A stretch of DNA of 64,000 nucleotides. It comes from the human T2T-CHM13v2.0 reference genome, Homo sapiens. Location: assembly GCF_009914755.1 (NCBI RefSeq), contig NC_060935.1; one strand, written 5' to 3'. Every line of letters starts with the position of its first letter. Position 1 is the first letter of the stretch. Below the pieces are notes generated by a model that had not been told where the DNA came from, searched no databases, and was given only the letters and a program-made list of their open reading frames with translations. Below are positions 63,735 to 64,000 of this stretch, piece after piece. The position numbers and the translations under genes were made by a program.

Positions 63735-63905
63735 ACAGTGAAGTCTAAGTTAGGAGACCTGGCTTTAATCCCTGATATTTTTTACTAATTAATCATAAAC
63801 CTAGGCAAAAACACCCCCTCTCTGAGTCTCAGTGTCCCCACCTGCACAATGAGGAAATTGGACTATATTGTTTTTATGAGCCCAGCTAGCCCTTCTGTTC
63901 TATGA
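63735..63905 (+). mobile_element. MIR SINE
   Basis: ggagacctggctttaatcc...cctctctgagtctcagtgtccccacctgcacaatgagg. Confidence 0.8.
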
Positions 63906-64000
63906 AATTGTAAGAACATGGACTTTGGAACCAGAAGCTCTGAGAGAAATGTTGACTTTCCCCTACTTGATGTGCAATCTCTAGCAGTTCAAGGTTCCTC

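Overview
Primate (probably human) non-coding genomic DNA, either a large intron or an intergenic region. It is dominated by old interspersed repeats: many MIR and L2 fragments, an L3/CR1 relic, L1M/HAL1 relics, about a dozen MaLR/ERVL LTRs and several hAT MITEs. Younger primate elements are five Alus, an L1PA fragment and an L1PB1 fragment. I can support no cellular protein-coding gene, RNA gene, CRISPR array or other prokaryotic-type system, and I found no convincing new biological system. The only ORF I recognise is the C-terminus of L1 ORF2p (28862-29104, minus); the others are repeat-derived or chance. The best leads are: an exact 33-bp dispersed copy that looks like a recent templated insertion (57320 and 58189); a tail-to-tail MLT1A pair forming a ~750-bp imperfect inverted repeat; a twin-primed (5'-inverted) L1PA with a perfect 16-bp TSD; a near-complete ancient MaLR provirus; an L2 inserted into an MLT1K/L LTR; two low-confidence exon-like segments; and several repeat-free, motif-dense islands that look like developmental enhancers, including a compact PBX-HOX-MEIS module. 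Repeat subfamily names come from remembered consensus sequences, and boundaries of old repeats are approximate.
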